Shown: piece after piece, positions 29,228 to 40,291 of the stretch
Position numbering within the stretch: position 1 is the stretch's first letter
How the letters are laid out: every line of letters starts with the position of its first letter
NCBI GenBank assembly: GCA_017505745.1
Contig: JAFVOP010000018.1
Location: 1-53,266, forward strand
DNA length: 53,266 nucleotides
Source of the DNA: Clostridia bacterium
GTDB taxonomy: Bacteria; Bacillota; Clostridia; Oscillospirales; CAG-272
Direction of reading: 5' to 3'
Program-made: the position numbers and the translations under genes
The notes under the pieces: model-generated
Databases searched by the model: none
Seen by the model: the letters and a program-made list of their open reading frames with translations, nothing else
Told to the model about the DNA's origin: nothing

Positions 29228-30904
29228 TCACTTTCTTACGATGATATCGTCGATCGAGCCTCCGGGAGGCAGCATGGGAAGCACAAATGCGTCCTTGTCG
29301 ATCAGCGTGTCGATCAATACGGGGCCGTTTGCCTCCTTTGCCTTTCGGAATGCCTCGCGGAACTCCTCGGGAGTGGACACACGGTAACCCGTGGCACCAA
29401 ATGCCTCGGCAAGCTTAACAAAATCGGTCTGTCTGCCGAGCACGGTGTTGGAATACCGCTTTCCAAAGAAGAGAGTTTGCCATTGCCGCACCATTCCAAG
29501 CACGCCGTTATTCATCAGCACGATGATTACGGGAAGATTGTAGCTGACAGTGGTGGCAAGCTCGTTGAGATTCATACCAAAGCTTCCGTCGCCCGTGATC
29601 AGCACGGTGCAATCTCCGGTTGCTACCTGCGCACCGATCGCCGCACCCAGACCAAAGCCCATCGTGCCAAGTCCACCGCTCGAAACAAATCGGCGCGGGC
29701 CGTCAAATTTCACATACTGCGCCGTCCACATCTGATGCTGCCCCACGTCGGTGGCGATCACGGTTCGAGGCGGCTTTTCCTCATTGAGAACGTCAAATAC
29801 CTGCTTGGGAGTGAGGGGGGCTTGGCTTGCCTGCTCCGCCTCGGCGGTAAATCTTTGCTCGTCGGCGCGAAGAGCCTCCACCGTTTCTCTCCACGGGGCG
29901 CGGTCTCGCGCCTCCGCTCCCTCTGCAATGCGAGCAAAGGAATCGGCCACGTCACCGATGATGCCTACGTCGACGTTGATATTTTTGTTGATCTCCGAAA
30001 AATCGGGGTCAAGCTGAATGATCTTACTGTTCACGGCAAACTTTTTGGTGTCTCCTGTCGCGCGATCGCTGAAGCGCACGCCAACAGCCAAAATGAGGTC
30101 GGCCTCTTTTTGCGCCATAGACGACGCGTAATGTCCGTGCATACCCTGCATACCGAGGAAACGGTCGCAGTCCTCGTTGACCGCCGAAAGTCCCATAAAC
30201 GTACACCCGATATACGCGCCAATTCGCGCGGCAAGCGCCTCGATCTGCTTGCCCATACCAAGTCCTGCGGCACCGCCGCCGATGTAAATATAGGGACGCT
30301 CGGAAGCATTGATCAACCCAATCGCCTCGTCGATCTTATTCTGAGAGGCAACGGGAAGCGGGAATTTCTCGGCAATCGGTTTGGGTTCAAACTCACAGGC
30401 AGCCACCTGCACGTCCTTGGGAATATCGATCAGAACCGGTCCCGGTCGGCCAGATTTGGCAATCCGGAAGGCCTCGCGGATGCTATCGGCCAGATCCTCC
30501 ACACGGTGCACGAAATAATTGTGCTTTGTGATCGGAAGCGTAATACCCGTGATGTCGATCTCCTGGAAGCTATCCTTACCGATCAGCGAGGACGGCACGT
30601 TGCCTGTAATGGCAACCATTGGAATCGAGTCGAGCATGGCGGTGGCGATTCCCGTAACCAGATTGGTAGCGCCGGGGCCCGAGGTGGCGATGCAAACGCC
30701 CACCTTGCCCGTAACGCGGGAATATCCGTCGGCGGCGTGGGAAGCTCCCTGCTCGTGCGCCGTCAGAATATGATTGATCTTGTCGCTTTCTTTATAAAGC
30801 GCGTCATAGATGTTCAACACCTGACCGCCGGGGTACCCGAACACATCGGTCACGCCCTGCTCGATCAGCGTTTGAATGACAATTTCTGCTCCGGTTAATT
30901 TCAT
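29228..30904 (-). CDS. ilvB: Acetolactate synthase large subunit
   Basis: FGYPGG, HEQGA, TSGPGATN, DVGQHQMW, GDGSFGMN TPP motif. Confidence 0.97.
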   Translation of the reverse strand: MKLTGAEIVIQTLIEQGVTDVFGYPGGQVLNIYDALYKESDKINHILTAHEQGASHAADGYSRVTGKVGVCIATSGPGATNLVTGIATAMLDSIPMVAITGNVPSSLIGKDSFQEIDITGITLPITKHNYFVHRVEDLADSIREAFRIAKSGRPGPVLIDIPKDVQVAACEFEPKPIAEKFPLPVASQNKIDEAIGLINASERPYIYIGGGAAGLGMGKQIEALAARIGAYIGCTFMGLSAVNEDCDRFLGMQGMHGHYASSMAQKEADLILAVGVRFSDRATGDTKKFAVNSKIIQLDPDFSEINKNINVDVGIIGDVADSFARIAEGAEARDRAPWRETVEALRADEQRFTAEAEQASQAPLTPKQVFDVLNEEKPPRTVIATDVGQHQMWTAQYVKFDGPRRFVSSGGLGTMGFGLGAAIGAQVATGDCTVLITGDGSFGMNLNELATTVSYNLPVIIVLMNNGVLGMVRQWQTLFFGKRYSNTVLGRQTDFVKLAEAFGATGYRVSTPEEFREAFRKAKEANGPVLIDTLIDKDAFVLPMLPPGGSIDDIIVRK

Positions 30905-30939
30905 AAGTTCTGTATCCTTTTTGCTTGTTCAGGGTTTGT

Positions 30940-32601
30940 TTATTCTTCCGCCAGCATTTCGTTGACCGCGCTGACCAAGGCTCTTACCGACGCCATCACG
31001 ATGTCGCTGTCAATTCCCACGCCCCAATAGGTGCGCGCTCCCATCTCAATGCTGACGTAGGAGGCCGCCTTTGAGCTGGATTTGCCCTCAAGCGCGTGCT
31101 GGGTGTAGCTTTGAAGGGTGTAATCCTTTCCCGTTACCTCTTTGAGCGCATTGCTCACGGCGTCCAGACTTCCGTTTCCGATGGCCGACAGCGTCTGCTC
31201 ACCGTTGCCAAAGCGAATGGTCACCTTTGCCTTGACATTCTCGTTCTCTTCGGTATAGGAGACCTTTCCCACCTCGATTCGATCCGTCAGGTTGACGAAA
31301 TCACGCGTAAAGATCTCGTAGACCTCCTGCGGCTTGAGCTCGCGATGCTCATGGTCGGAAATGCTTTTGACGTGGTAGCCAAACATCTCGCGCATTTTGG
31401 GAGGCAGAACGTGGTTGTACTGTGTTTCCAGGATGTACCCGATTCCGCCCTTGCCCGACTGCGAGTTGATGCGGATGACATCGGCCTCGTACACCCGCCC
31501 CACGTCGGAAGGGTCGATGGGAAGATACGGCACGTTCCACACGCCGCCCTTTTCCTCTCTCCATTTCATGCCCTTGGCGATCGCATCCTGGTGAGAGCCG
31601 CTGAACGCCGCGAAAACAAGCTTGCCACTGTATGGCTGACGTTCGTAGACGTGCATACCCGTCACGCGCTCATACACCTCGGTAATGGCCGGCAGATCGG
31701 AAAAGTCCAGTCCGGGATCCACCCCCTGCGAATACATGTTGAGCGCCAAGGTAATAATATCCACGTTACCCGTACGTTCCCCGTTGCCAAAGAGCGTGCC
31801 CTCAATGCGGTCTCCGCCTGCTAGAAGACCCATTTCACTGTCGGCCACGGCGCAGCCTCTGTCGTTGTGCGGATGAAGCGAGATAATGAGATTCTCCCGG
31901 TTTTTCAGATTCTTGCACATATACTCGACCTGTGACGCGTACACGTGCGGCATGGAATGGGAGACCGTAACGGGCAGGTTGATGATCACCTTGTCCTCGG
32001 GCGTAGGATTCCAGATCGAGATCACCTCGTTGCAGATCTCGGCGGCGAACTCGGGCTCGGTTCCCGTAAAGCTTTCGGGGGAATACTCAAAGCGGATGTC
32101 GCCCTCCTCCTTTTCGCGGTAGGCCTTGCAAAGCTCGGCTCCAAAGGTTGCGATCTTTACGATCTCTTCCTTATTCTTTTTGAAGACCTGCTCTCTCTGC
32201 GCCACCGAGGTGGAATTATACAGATGCACGATCGCGTGCTTGGCACCGCGGATCGCTTCAAAGGTTTTTTGAATAATATGCTCACGCGATTGGGTGAGAA
32301 CCTGGATCGTAACGTCATCGGGGATCAGATCCCGCTCGATGATCTCCCGACAAAACCGATATTCGGTCTCGGACGCGGCGGGAAAGCCCACCTCAATCTC
32401 CTTAAAGCCCAGCTTGCACAGGTGCACAAAGAAATCCAGCTTTTCCTCCAGGCTCATAGGGATCACCAGCGCCTGGTTGCCGTCGCGCAGATCCACGCTA
32501 CACCAGATCGGGGCTTGTTCGATGCGATCCTTGGCAATCCAATCGGTGTAATTTCCTTGCGGCAAAAAATACTGCCTTGCATACTTGTTACAGTTGTTCA
32601 T
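30940..32601 (-). CDS. leuA: 2-isopropylmalate synthase (yeast/actinobacterial-type LeuA)
   Basis: PIWCSVDLRDGNQAL, YSPESFTGTE, SLHPHNDRG, GNGERTGN, FSGSHQDAI, RINSQSGKGG. Confidence 0.96.
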   Translation of the reverse strand: MNNCNKYARQYFLPQGNYTDWIAKDRIEQAPIWCSVDLRDGNQALVIPMSLEEKLDFFVHLCKLGFKEIEVGFPAASETEYRFCREIIERDLIPDDVTIQVLTQSREHIIQKTFEAIRGAKHAIVHLYNSTSVAQREQVFKKNKEEIVKIATFGAELCKAYREKEEGDIRFEYSPESFTGTEPEFAAEICNEVISIWNPTPEDKVIINLPVTVSHSMPHVYASQVEYMCKNLKNRENLIISLHPHNDRGCAVADSEMGLLAGGDRIEGTLFGNGERTGNVDIITLALNMYSQGVDPGLDFSDLPAITEVYERVTGMHVYERQPYSGKLVFAAFSGSHQDAIAKGMKWREEKGGVWNVPYLPIDPSDVGRVYEADVIRINSQSGKGGIGYILETQYNHVLPPKMREMFGYHVKSISDHEHRELKPQEVYEIFTRDFVNLTDRIEVGKVSYTEENENVKAKVTIRFGNGEQTLSAIGNGSLDAVSNALKEVTGKDYTLQSYTQHALEGKSSSKAASYVSIEMGARTYWGVGIDSDIVMASVRALVSAVNEMLAEE

Positions 32602-32630
32602 GTAGCATCTTTCCTTTCGGGTTACGTAAA

Positions 32631-32914
32631 AAAACAAAAAGCCTCTTTTACGCAACAGTATCATACTTTGCATAAAAGAGACGAAGACTTCATTCTCCGC
32701 GGTACCACTCTGCTTGGTGTTTCCACCCACTTACCGTTGCATCCATCAATGCAACCTCTCGATAACGGGAGTTCCGTCCAATTCTACTCAAAGGATCCCT
32801 CCCTTTTTGGATTGGAAGCTCAAGGATGAGTTATATTCCGTCACGCAAATTGTCTCACACCAACCGACAACTCTCTGAAATGCAGAGCAGAACTTGTTTC
32901 CTGTCACAGCTTTT
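32631..32914 (-). promoter_or_regulatory. T-box riboswitch (Leu, CUC specifier) upstream of leuA
   Basis: On the minus strand: AGAGAG box, GGTGTGAGAC distal loop, CTC specifier (32830-32828), T-box AGAGTGGTACCGCG (32711-32698), antiterminator partner TTCGTCTCT, then a terminator hairpin with T tract. Confidence 0.92.
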
Positions 32915-33326
32915 CAATAAATTATAATACAGATATTATAATACAAAACTTCCGTTTCGTCAAGAACTTTTTTTGAAAAAAACAATTTTTATAAAAAACA
33001 CAAAATATCACATCAAAACGGCATCTAAAAATGTCTGTTTGCACCAAAAAAAAGTGATTTTCTCTGTGCCAACAGTATTTGGCCCCCTGATTCGCATCAG
33101 AAAGACAAAAGCGGTAAGCACAAGGGCAACGAAATCAACGGATTTCTCAAAGATTACATTCGCTACGAAAAAGAAAACGAATTGCAAAAAAACCGTAAAC
33201 AGGATTGACAAACCGTGTCGGATTCTGTATAATTTTAGCAGTAGCAACTCCAAAAGCACGCTCGGAGGCCGAGCCGCTTTTGCGCCGCTTGCATAGCATA
33301 AAAATGGAGGAAAGGAGGAGATATGC

Positions 33327-34877
33327 ATGAAGAAACATTCTGCTCGCAGGTTTCGAACTCTGCTAAACCGCCGTTTTTTTATCGCGCTTCTGATTATTTT
33401 ACAGTTGATCTTCATCACGGGAATGCTCTTTCACTATTCGCGCTTGAAATGGACGCAGACCGTTCTGACCCTGTTCAGCGTGGCAACCGCTCTGCATCTG
33501 CTCATTCGCAGAGACAAGACCGCCTATAAGCTCTCCCTCGTATTCCTCATTCTGCTCTTTCCCGTATTTGGCGGCGTGTTTTATTGGATCTTCCATTTTC
33601 AAACCACGTCGGTTGGCTTCCGTCGCCGCCTGGATCGGGTGGCACAAAGCTCCGCGCAGTTCTACCGCATGCCGGGAAAGATCTCCGACGAAACGCTCCG
33701 CGAGGCGGAGAAAACGCTATCCGAAAGTCGCAAGCTCCTGCGCTATATGGATCACAGCACCCCCTTCCCCATCTATAACAGTACCGAATCAAAATACTAT
33801 CCGAATGGGCAGGAAATGCTCACCGACCTGTTGCGCGATCTTGAGAGCGCCGAGCACTATATCTTCCTGGAATACTTCATTATTGAAGAGGGCGAGATGT
33901 GGGGTTCGATCCTGGAGGTCCTGCGCGAGCGTGTGAAGGCAGGCGTAGACGTGCGTATTATTTACGATGACCTCGGATGCTTTCTGACACTTCCCGCAAA
34001 CTATGCCCGCGTCCTCCGCTCCTGGGGGATTCAATGCCTCCGATTCAATTCCTTTCATCCCTTTCTCACCAGTAGCCAAAATAATCGCGACCACCGGAAG
34101 ATCGCCGTGGTAGACGGGAAAGTTGCCTACACCGGCGGCATCAATCTTGCCGACGAATACATTGGCAAGAAAATCAAGCACGGGACCTGGAAGGACAGTG
34201 CGGTGCGCCTGTACGGAGACGGTGCGTGGAGTTTTACCGTCATGTTCCTGCAATTTTGGGAATTTCTTTCGAAAAAAAACGAGCATTACGAGCAATACCG
34301 CCCCCGTTTTGTCACCCCTTTGCCGGTTGGAAACGGATGGGTCCAGCCGTATACTGACAGTCCGATGGATAAAGAAAACGTGGGTGAGCACGTCTATCAC
34401 CAGATCACCGAGCAGGCAACGAGCTATCTGTATATCACCACTCCGTATCTGACCGTAAATGACGGCATGCTTACGGCGCTGGAGCGCAGCGCCAAAAGCG
34501 GCGTAGACGTGCGCATCATCATGCCCGAAATTCCCGACAAGCGGCTGGTGCATTTCACCTCGCGCTCCTACTATCAGTCCCTGATCCAAGCCGGCGTGCG
34601 GATCTACGAATATACCGGCGGCTTTATGCACGCCAAGCTGTTCGTTTCGGACGATACCGTGGCCACCGTGGGAACCACCAATCTCGATTTTCGCAGTCTG
34701 TATCTCCATTTTGAGTGCTGCACCTGCCTGTATCGCACCGATTCGATCGCCGCCATCAAACAGGATTATCTCAACACCCTCAAGGACTGCCGCGAGATCA
34801 CCGAGGCCGATTGCAAGGCGGGGATCGTTAAGCAGTTCTTCCAAAGCATCTGCCGCATTTTTGCGCCGTTGATGTAA
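33327..34877 (+). CDS. cls: Cardiolipin synthase
   Basis: N-terminal TM helices; two HKD motifs (HRKIAVVDG, HAKLFVSDD); NLDFRS. Confidence 0.94.
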   Translation: MKKHSARRFRTLLNRRFFIALLIILQLIFITGMLFHYSRLKWTQTVLTLFSVATALHLLIRRDKTAYKLSLVFLILLFPVFGGVFYWIFHFQTTSVGFRRRLDRVAQSSAQFYRMPGKISDETLREAEKTLSESRKLLRYMDHSTPFPIYNSTESKYYPNGQEMLTDLLRDLESAEHYIFLEYFIIEEGEMWGSILEVLRERVKAGVDVRIIYDDLGCFLTLPANYARVLRSWGIQCLRFNSFHPFLTSSQNNRDHRKIAVVDGKVAYTGGINLADEYIGKKIKHGTWKDSAVRLYGDGAWSFTVMFLQFWEFLSKKNEHYEQYRPRFVTPLPVGNGWVQPYTDSPMDKENVGEHVYHQITEQATSYLYITTPYLTVNDGMLTALERSAKSGVDVRIIMPEIPDKRLVHFTSRSYYQSLIQAGVRIYEYTGGFMHAKLFVSDDTVATVGTTNLDFRSLYLHFECCTCLYRTDSIAAIKQDYLNTLKDCREITEADCKAGIVKQFFQSICRIFAPLM

Positions 34878-35058
34878 GCGCGCGATCATACTCTTCCTAT
34901 CCCGGGAGGAGCTTGTGTGTACCCCGAGAGGTGCACACAAGCTCCTCCCGTTTTTTGTCGAAAGATGCGCAAAATCGCTTGACAAAAATTTCTTCGCCCT
35001 GTATAATAAGCGTAGAAGCATTCCACCCGTGAACCGCGTGCCAACAGAAAGGAGTCTC

Positions 35059-35880
35059 ATGCGTCATTTTCAAAATTATCCGATCCTGATCCGTATTTGT
35101 GCCCTGCTCCTGCTCCTTTCGGGACTGGTTGGATGCGCCACACACGTCTCCCGCCCTGACCATCTGCGAGACACTCAGGGGATCGACGTATTCGACTCGA
35201 TGGAGGAAACCGATTCCCAAACCGAATCCGCGCCCAAAAAGCGAATTGCCCTGACCTTTGACGACGGTCCGCAGCATTACAGCGAGCGTACCAAGCAGAT
35301 CGTGGACGAACTTGCCAAATACGGCTATCACGCCACCTTTTTTGTGGTTGGCAACCGCATTCCGGGCGGTAATGCACTCTCCTACGCCGTGGAAAAAGGG
35401 AATGAGATCGGGATCCACGGATATACACACGATCAGGGAGTCTATTACGATACCTGCTCCGACGAACGCTATCACAAGGAGATCAATCAAACGGCACAGG
35501 CGATCCGCGCACAGATCCCCGGATACGAGATCCGTTTGATGCGCCCCATCGGCGGCTCGATCTCCCCCGACCGTATCCGCACCTCTCCCTACGCGATCAT
35601 CCATTGGAGCGTGGATTCCGATGACTGGAACAACAAATATTATGCCGGCATTTCCGACGAGGAGGCCAACGCACGGATTCAAACCATCGTGGAAAACGTG
35701 ATGGGCTCGGTGACGGACGGCGACATCGTCCTGCTGCACGACATCTACGAAAGCACGTACGACGCCACCAAAATCCTATTACAGCGCCTCTACGAGGAGG
35801 GCTACGAGGTGGTCACCGTATCCGAGCTGTTGGGCGACCAACTCGAGGCCGGACGCCTCTACCATTCTACATACGAATAA
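35059..35880 (+). CDS. Polysaccharide deacetylase (CE4), lipoprotein
   Basis: Lipobox LVGC; TFDDGP, HGYTH, DSDDW, IVLLHD. Confidence 0.92.
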   Translation: MRHFQNYPILIRICALLLLLSGLVGCATHVSRPDHLRDTQGIDVFDSMEETDSQTESAPKKRIALTFDDGPQHYSERTKQIVDELAKYGYHATFFVVGNRIPGGNALSYAVEKGNEIGIHGYTHDQGVYYDTCSDERYHKEINQTAQAIRAQIPGYEIRLMRPIGGSISPDRIRTSPYAIIHWSVDSDDWNNKYYAGISDEEANARIQTIVENVMGSVTDGDIVLLHDIYESTYDATKILLQRLYEEGYEVVTVSELLGDQLEAGRLYHSTYE

Positions 35881-36002
35881 TTTCTTGCTCCCCTTGTAAG
35901 TCTCCCCGCAAGCCCTTGTGGCATTTGTGGGGAGGCTTTGTTCATATTCGGCTTCGGTTCCTCATATAAATGGAGAGACAAACCTTTGCTACGGAGGTAA
36001 AA

Positions 36003-38681
36003 ATGAACGGAATCAGGCAAACACATCACATCCAAAGGGGACTGACCCAACAAGAGGTTGAACTCGCCCGACAAACGCACGGAAGCAATACTCTCTCGCG
36101 CGCAAAGGGCATTGGATTTTGGAAGCGCTTTTTCTCCAATCTGAATGACCCTGTGATCCGTATCCTTCTCTGTGCGCTGGCCGTAAACCTGCTCCTGATC
36201 CTTCGGGGGAGCGATTGGGTGGAAACGGTGGGAATTGCCGTGGCGGTCTTTCTCGCCGCGCTGATCTCTACCCTTTCCGAGCATGGCTCGGCACGTGCCT
36301 TCGCAAGACTCTCTGAGGAGGCCATGCGCGGAGCCTGTCGGGTGCGACGGGACGGCACGGTCCATGAGATTCCCCTATGCGACGTGGTGGTGGGTGACGT
36401 GGTCCTGCTGGCTTCGGGCGACGGGATCCCTGCAGACGGACTGTTGATCACGGGCGAGCTTTCCGTTGATCAATCCGCCATGACGGGAGAGAGCCGCGAG
36501 ATCCGCAAGCTTCCCTCCAAAGATCCTACCCTCTCGCCCGCCGCTCCGTCTGCGCTCTTTCGCGGCTCCACGGTAACCGCGGGCGGTGGGGAGATGCTGG
36601 TGCGCGCCGTAGGTGACGCCTCTTTTTTGGGACAGATCTCGCACGAGATCCAGCTAGAGCAACGCGAAAGCCCGCTCAAATTACGCCTCGCCAAGTTAGC
36701 CAAGCAGATCAGCCGACTGGGGTATCTGGCGGCGGTACTGGTGGCTCTCGCTTATCTCTGCAACTCGTTTTTTCTGGATAGCGGCATGCAACGCGAGGTC
36801 ATTTGGCTCAAGCTCTCCAATCCAAGCTATCTTTTTGGCGAGCTTTTTCACGCCTTTACGTTGGGACTCACCGTGGTGGTGGTCGCCGTTCCCGAGGGGC
36901 TTCCCATGATGATCGCCGTGGTGCTTTCCTCCAATATCCGCAAAATGATCCGCGATCAGGTGCTGGTCCGCAAGCCGGTGGGGATCGAGGCGGCGGGAAG
37001 CATGAATCTGCTCTTTACCGATAAGACCGGCACGCTCACCGAGGGTAAAATGAAGGTCTCACACAGCCTTCTTCCGAACGGAACGCGTGTGAAGCTGCGC
37101 GAGATCATCCGCCGTGGCGGAGACTTAGCAGAGCTTTTGCTCCTCTCCCTCCGTTTTTGCAACGGTGCAACGGTTGGACGTGCGCAGGACGGATCGCTTC
37201 ATGCGCTGGGCGGGAACGCCACCGAGCGTGCGCTTTTGGAGGCGGTGCTCTCTTATCCTGCGCCCGTCGGCTATCAAATCGCCTCCCGTCTCCCCTTTGA
37301 CAGTGCGCGAAAATATGCGGCGGTAACCGTAAGCGGCAAACGGCGCCTGACCTTTGTGATCGGCGCTCCCGAGCGAATCCTTCCGCACGTCAACGACACG
37401 CTCTCTCCAAGCGGACGAACCGAGCCCTTTTCGCGCAAGGAAACCGAAGCACAGATCCAAAAATACACGGCCACGGGCGAACGGGTGCTGGCGGTCGCTC
37501 TTGCGCCGGATGCAGTTGCGGCCGATTCGTTTGCGGGCGGACTCGTTGGCCCCTTGACGCTTCTTTCCATGCTCTGCCTCTCCGATCCGCTTCGACGCGA
37601 GGCCGCGCGGTCGGTGGCAGAGCTTCGGGATGCGGGGATCCAGGTGGTGATGATCACGGGAGACAACCGCGAAACCGCCGGATATTTGGCGTCGCAGTGC
37701 GGCATTTTGAATACCGAAACCGATCTACTCCTCACGGGGGAGGAGCTTGCCGCGCTCTCGGACGTTCAGGTAAGCAACTTGCTTCCCCGCTTGGCCGTGG
37801 TAGCGCGTGCCCTTCCCACCGACAAAAGCCGCTTGGTACGGTTGGCTCAGGAGCAAGGACTGGTAACGGGCATGACAGGAGACGGCATCAACGATGCGCC
37901 GGCTCTGCGCCGCGCAGATATCGGATTTGCCATGGGAAGCGGCACACAGGTTGCCAAGGATGCGGGCGACATTCTGATCCTCGACAACAATCTTGCTTCG
38001 ATCGTACGTGCAGTCCTCTACGGCAGAAACGTCTTTAAAAGCATCCGAAAATTCATCACGCTCCAGCTCACCATGAACTTCTGCGCCGTTGGAGTGACGG
38101 TGATCTGTCCCTTTCTTGGGATCGATTCGCCCGTCACGGTGGTACAAATGCTTTGGATCAATCTGATCATGGATACCTTGGGGGGTCTTGCTTTTGCGGG
38201 AGAGGCCGCACTTCCCCACTGCATGAGAGAGCGTCCCAAGCGACGAAACGAGCCGATCCTTAATCGCTATATGGTCAATGAGATCCTCTTTCACGGCGGC
38301 TTTACCGTGGCGCTTTACCTCTTCTTTCTCAAGTCTCCCACCGTCACATCGCTGTTCCGTCCCTCTGCCGACCACCTCTATCTGCTCACCGCCTTTTTCG
38401 CACTTTTCATTTTTACATCGGTGTTCAATTGCTTTAATGCGCGCACCGACCGCATGAACCTTGTTTCAGGACTGCGAAAAAATCCGATCTTTCTGCTGAT
38501 CATGTCCGCGATCCTGCTCATCCAGATCGCATTCGTTTATCTTGGCGGAAGCGTACTGCGCACCGCACCTCTCACCGCGCGTGAGCTGCTCCTTACGATG
38601 CTCCTCTCGCTTGCCGTCTTCCCCGCCGAGCTGATCCGCAAGGCAGTCTGGAGACTGCGAGGAAAACGGATGGGGTATTGA
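36003..38681 (+). CDS. Calcium-translocating P-type ATPase (PMCA-like)
   Basis: TGES, VAVPEGLP, DKTGTLT, GDGINDAPAL, QMLWINLIMDT. Confidence 0.93.
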   Translation: MNGIRQTHHIQRGLTQQEVELARQTHGSNTLSRAKGIGFWKRFFSNLNDPVIRILLCALAVNLLLILRGSDWVETVGIAVAVFLAALISTLSEHGSARAFARLSEEAMRGACRVRRDGTVHEIPLCDVVVGDVVLLASGDGIPADGLLITGELSVDQSAMTGESREIRKLPSKDPTLSPAAPSALFRGSTVTAGGGEMLVRAVGDASFLGQISHEIQLEQRESPLKLRLAKLAKQISRLGYLAAVLVALAYLCNSFFLDSGMQREVIWLKLSNPSYLFGELFHAFTLGLTVVVVAVPEGLPMMIAVVLSSNIRKMIRDQVLVRKPVGIEAAGSMNLLFTDKTGTLTEGKMKVSHSLLPNGTRVKLREIIRRGGDLAELLLLSLRFCNGATVGRAQDGSLHALGGNATERALLEAVLSYPAPVGYQIASRLPFDSARKYAAVTVSGKRRLTFVIGAPERILPHVNDTLSPSGRTEPFSRKETEAQIQKYTATGERVLAVALAPDAVAADSFAGGLVGPLTLLSMLCLSDPLRREAARSVAELRDAGIQVVMITGDNRETAGYLASQCGILNTETDLLLTGEELAALSDVQVSNLLPRLAVVARALPTDKSRLVRLAQEQGLVTGMTGDGINDAPALRRADIGFAMGSGTQVAKDAGDILILDNNLASIVRAVLYGRNVFKSIRKFITLQLTMNFCAVGVTVICPFLGIDSPVTVVQMLWINLIMDTLGGLAFAGEAALPHCMRERPKRRNEPILNRYMVNEILFHGGFTVALYLFFLKSPTVTSLFRPSADHLYLLTAFFALFIFTSVFNCFNARTDRMNLVSGLRKNPIFLLIMSAILLIQIAFVYLGGSVLRTAPLTARELLLTMLLSLAVFPAELIRKAVWRLRGKRMGY

Positions 38682-38695
38682 AAGATATTCCAAAA

Positions 38696-38740
38696 AAAGA
38701 AGGCGCCTACACGGATTTTACATGTAGGCGCCTTCTTCTT
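38696..38740. terminator. Bidirectional intrinsic terminator
   Basis: AAGAAGGCGCCTACA...TGTAGGCGCCTTCTT between convergent genes. Confidence 0.8.
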
Positions 38741-38748
38741 TCAAAATA

Positions 38749-40116
38749 TTACCACGTTCTGATGTTGTTCGCAATGTCCTTCAGTTGATAGAGCTTTTCT
38801 CTTTCCGCCGCAATCAGCCTTTCCATATTTTTGTCAGCTTGATATCTTGCCTCCACAAGTTCGTGTTGCAACTCCGAAAGTTGTTTGTTCATTGCCTCGG
38901 TTGCCTTTTCCGATTCCGCTACCATCGTGTTTTGCAGTTCCTTCATTTGTCTTTCATACGCTGCTCTTTGCACTTCCATTTCCTCAATATGTTTCCTCTG
39001 CATTTCCGAAAGTTGCGACTTCAGCTGTGCCATTTCCTGATCATGGCGTTGCTCATTCAAAGCTTCTTTGATGGTATCCGCACGATTGTACTCGAAATAA
39101 TAGAGAATCGAATTTAACGTTTTTACATTTTTATACGAGGAGTGAAGGAACGTAGACTGATTGATGATAGAGTTACAATTGTTTACAATGGCTTGGAATT
39201 TTTTCAAACCATCCTGCAAAATCTGCTTTTCTCTATGAAATTTCTGCAGTTCCAGATTATATTCTGCTTCATAGCGGGCGCGCTCGATTACTGTTTCAGA
39301 ACGGTCTTTTTCCAAAGCAATTTTATATTCCTTGGAGCTATAAAGAGACGTATAATCAAGGTTCAGAGGCGCAAGTGATACATCAACGTTTGCGCAAAAA
39401 TAAATAGAAAACCCAACGCCGGTTCCGGTTGCTGCTAAGGCAAGAAGCGGTACCAACGGATAGATCATCCGAATAAACGTCAACGGAATTGTCAAAAAAG
39501 AAGAAAACCAGGTAATCACCTTCCAAAATCCCCCGGAAACGGAAGAAGCATAACCGGAAAAGCCGACACAATATGTAATCACGCATAGAATTCCCGCTAC
39601 AATGGTAACGATCATACAGGTTTTTCCCAATATATCGTCCCAATCATTTGCCATACCAATAAATCCGCTTACCACTGTAAGAATCAAAAGGAGAAACGAT
39701 ACCGAAAACCAATAGATACCGGTTGCCTCTCGATAAGTAAAAGTATCTCCCAAGTAAGAATTAGACATGGTTGCGGAGATAGAAGCACCCATTTGCCATT
39801 TGAAAGAAATCACCGTCAACCAAATACCAACAACAGCTACCGCAATAGCAAGCAAAATCCACATCGCCCGTTTGATTTTTTCTACCCGATCGGCTTCCCG
39901 ACGGGCCTTGTCCCGAAACGGCGCTTCAAATTGGAATTTCAAATCCTGCGCGTTTCTCTCTACTTTTATTTCGCTCGGCGGATCCATTTCAAAAGACATC
40001 TTATTGATCTTTTCCTTTGTTTCGTCCACCTTCTTCTGCGCTTCCGCTTTTCCGATGATGGCTTGTCGCAATCGCAAAAGATTTTGATACTCTGCATTGT
40101 TCGCTAAATTTGCCAT
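38749..40116 (-). CDS. Hypothetical multi-pass membrane protein with coiled-coil termini
   Basis: About 5 TM helices centrally; E/Q/K-rich helical ends; YFEYNRADTIKEALN segment; AT-rich; AGGAG RBS. Confidence 0.85.
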   Translation of the reverse strand: MANLANNAEYQNLLRLRQAIIGKAEAQKKVDETKEKINKMSFEMDPPSEIKVERNAQDLKFQFEAPFRDKARREADRVEKIKRAMWILLAIAVAVVGIWLTVISFKWQMGASISATMSNSYLGDTFTYREATGIYWFSVSFLLLILTVVSGFIGMANDWDDILGKTCMIVTIVAGILCVITYCVGFSGYASSVSGGFWKVITWFSSFLTIPLTFIRMIYPLVPLLALAATGTGVGFSIYFCANVDVSLAPLNLDYTSLYSSKEYKIALEKDRSETVIERARYEAEYNLELQKFHREKQILQDGLKKFQAIVNNCNSIINQSTFLHSSYKNVKTLNSILYYFEYNRADTIKEALNEQRHDQEMAQLKSQLSEMQRKHIEEMEVQRAAYERQMKELQNTMVAESEKATEAMNKQLSELQHELVEARYQADKNMERLIAAEREKLYQLKDIANNIRTW

Positions 40117-40177
40117 AGTCTGTCTCTCCTTGTTTCCTTACAATGTTTTCTCGAATCCTGTCGAAGGATTCTCTTCT

Positions 40178-40254
40178 ATTATAGTACAAATATTTACTAA
40201 AGTCAATAGGTCGAGTAAAGATTTTTACTAAAACGAAGAGTAAATAAATTTACT
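40178..40254. promoter_or_regulatory. Divergent promoter region with three AGTAAA-N4-TTTACT operators
   Basis: Palindromes at 40183-40198 (one mismatch), 40214-40229 and 40239-40254. Minus-strand TTGACT(40206-40201)-17-TATAAT(40183-40178). Confidence 0.7.
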
Positions 40255-40291
40255 TGATATAATAACACCATAGTACTTTATGGAGGTTCTT